A stretch of DNA of 64,000 bases from an uncultured Thermoleophilia bacterium (GTDB taxonomy: Bacteria > Actinomycetota > Thermoleophilia > UBA2241): positions 128,001 to 192,000 of the forward strand of contig CAVPCT010000001.1 in NCBI GenBank assembly GCA_963702475.1, read 5' to 3'. Below, piece by piece: positions 64,000 to 64,000 of the stretch. The position numbers and the translations under genes are program-made. Within the stretch, counting starts at the first letter, position 1. Each line of letters opens with the position of its first letter. The notes below the pieces were generated by a model. That model searched no databases. It had not been told where the DNA came from and saw only the letters and a list, made by a program, of their open reading frames with translations.

Positions 64000-64000
64000 C

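Overview
Very GC-rich bacterial chromosomal DNA. It is probably Actinomycetota with anaerobic metabolism; this is inferred from the gene families and the many leaderless TANNNT-N6-start promoters. About 56 protein-coding genes are visible, with no rRNA, tRNA, CRISPR array, transposase or prophage. Layout: (1) 1-8.2 kb: GltD/NfnB-like oxidoreductase (partial), hemerythrin, glpK, USP, QueG-like Fe-S protein, and a MarR fusion regulator divergent from a DrrAB-type ABC exporter. (2) 8.4-29 kb: a coherent, largely uncharacterised membrane/anion/acid-stress island (AI-2E, 2x SulP, glutamate decarboxylase, three DUF1269-like glycine-hairpin domains including one fused to an arylsulfatase, SHOCT, ClC, DUF2252, ABC1 kinase, holin-like protein, aquaporin, TetR). 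Four of its intergenic regions share the palindrome GTTACC-N4-GGTAAC. (3) 29-56 kb: mixed genes including thrC, PadR, a PHP/half-glycosyltransferase, a HAD-AIR synthase fusion, a papain-like protease, a tandem TPR-zincin pair in which one copy has lost both HExxH histidines, a 1488-aa CoA-dehydratase activase next to a HisD/HpsN-like paralog, and an unannotated 29-aa membrane peptide behind a ferric reductase. (4) 56-63.8 kb: a duplicated cell-envelope O-acylation locus (3 SGNH/DUF459 + 2 MBOAT ending in FLYFxF). The best candidate for an undescribed system is the palindrome-linked DUF1269/SHOCT/sulfatase/SulP/GAD island. All family assignments come from motif recognition by eye, not from database searches.
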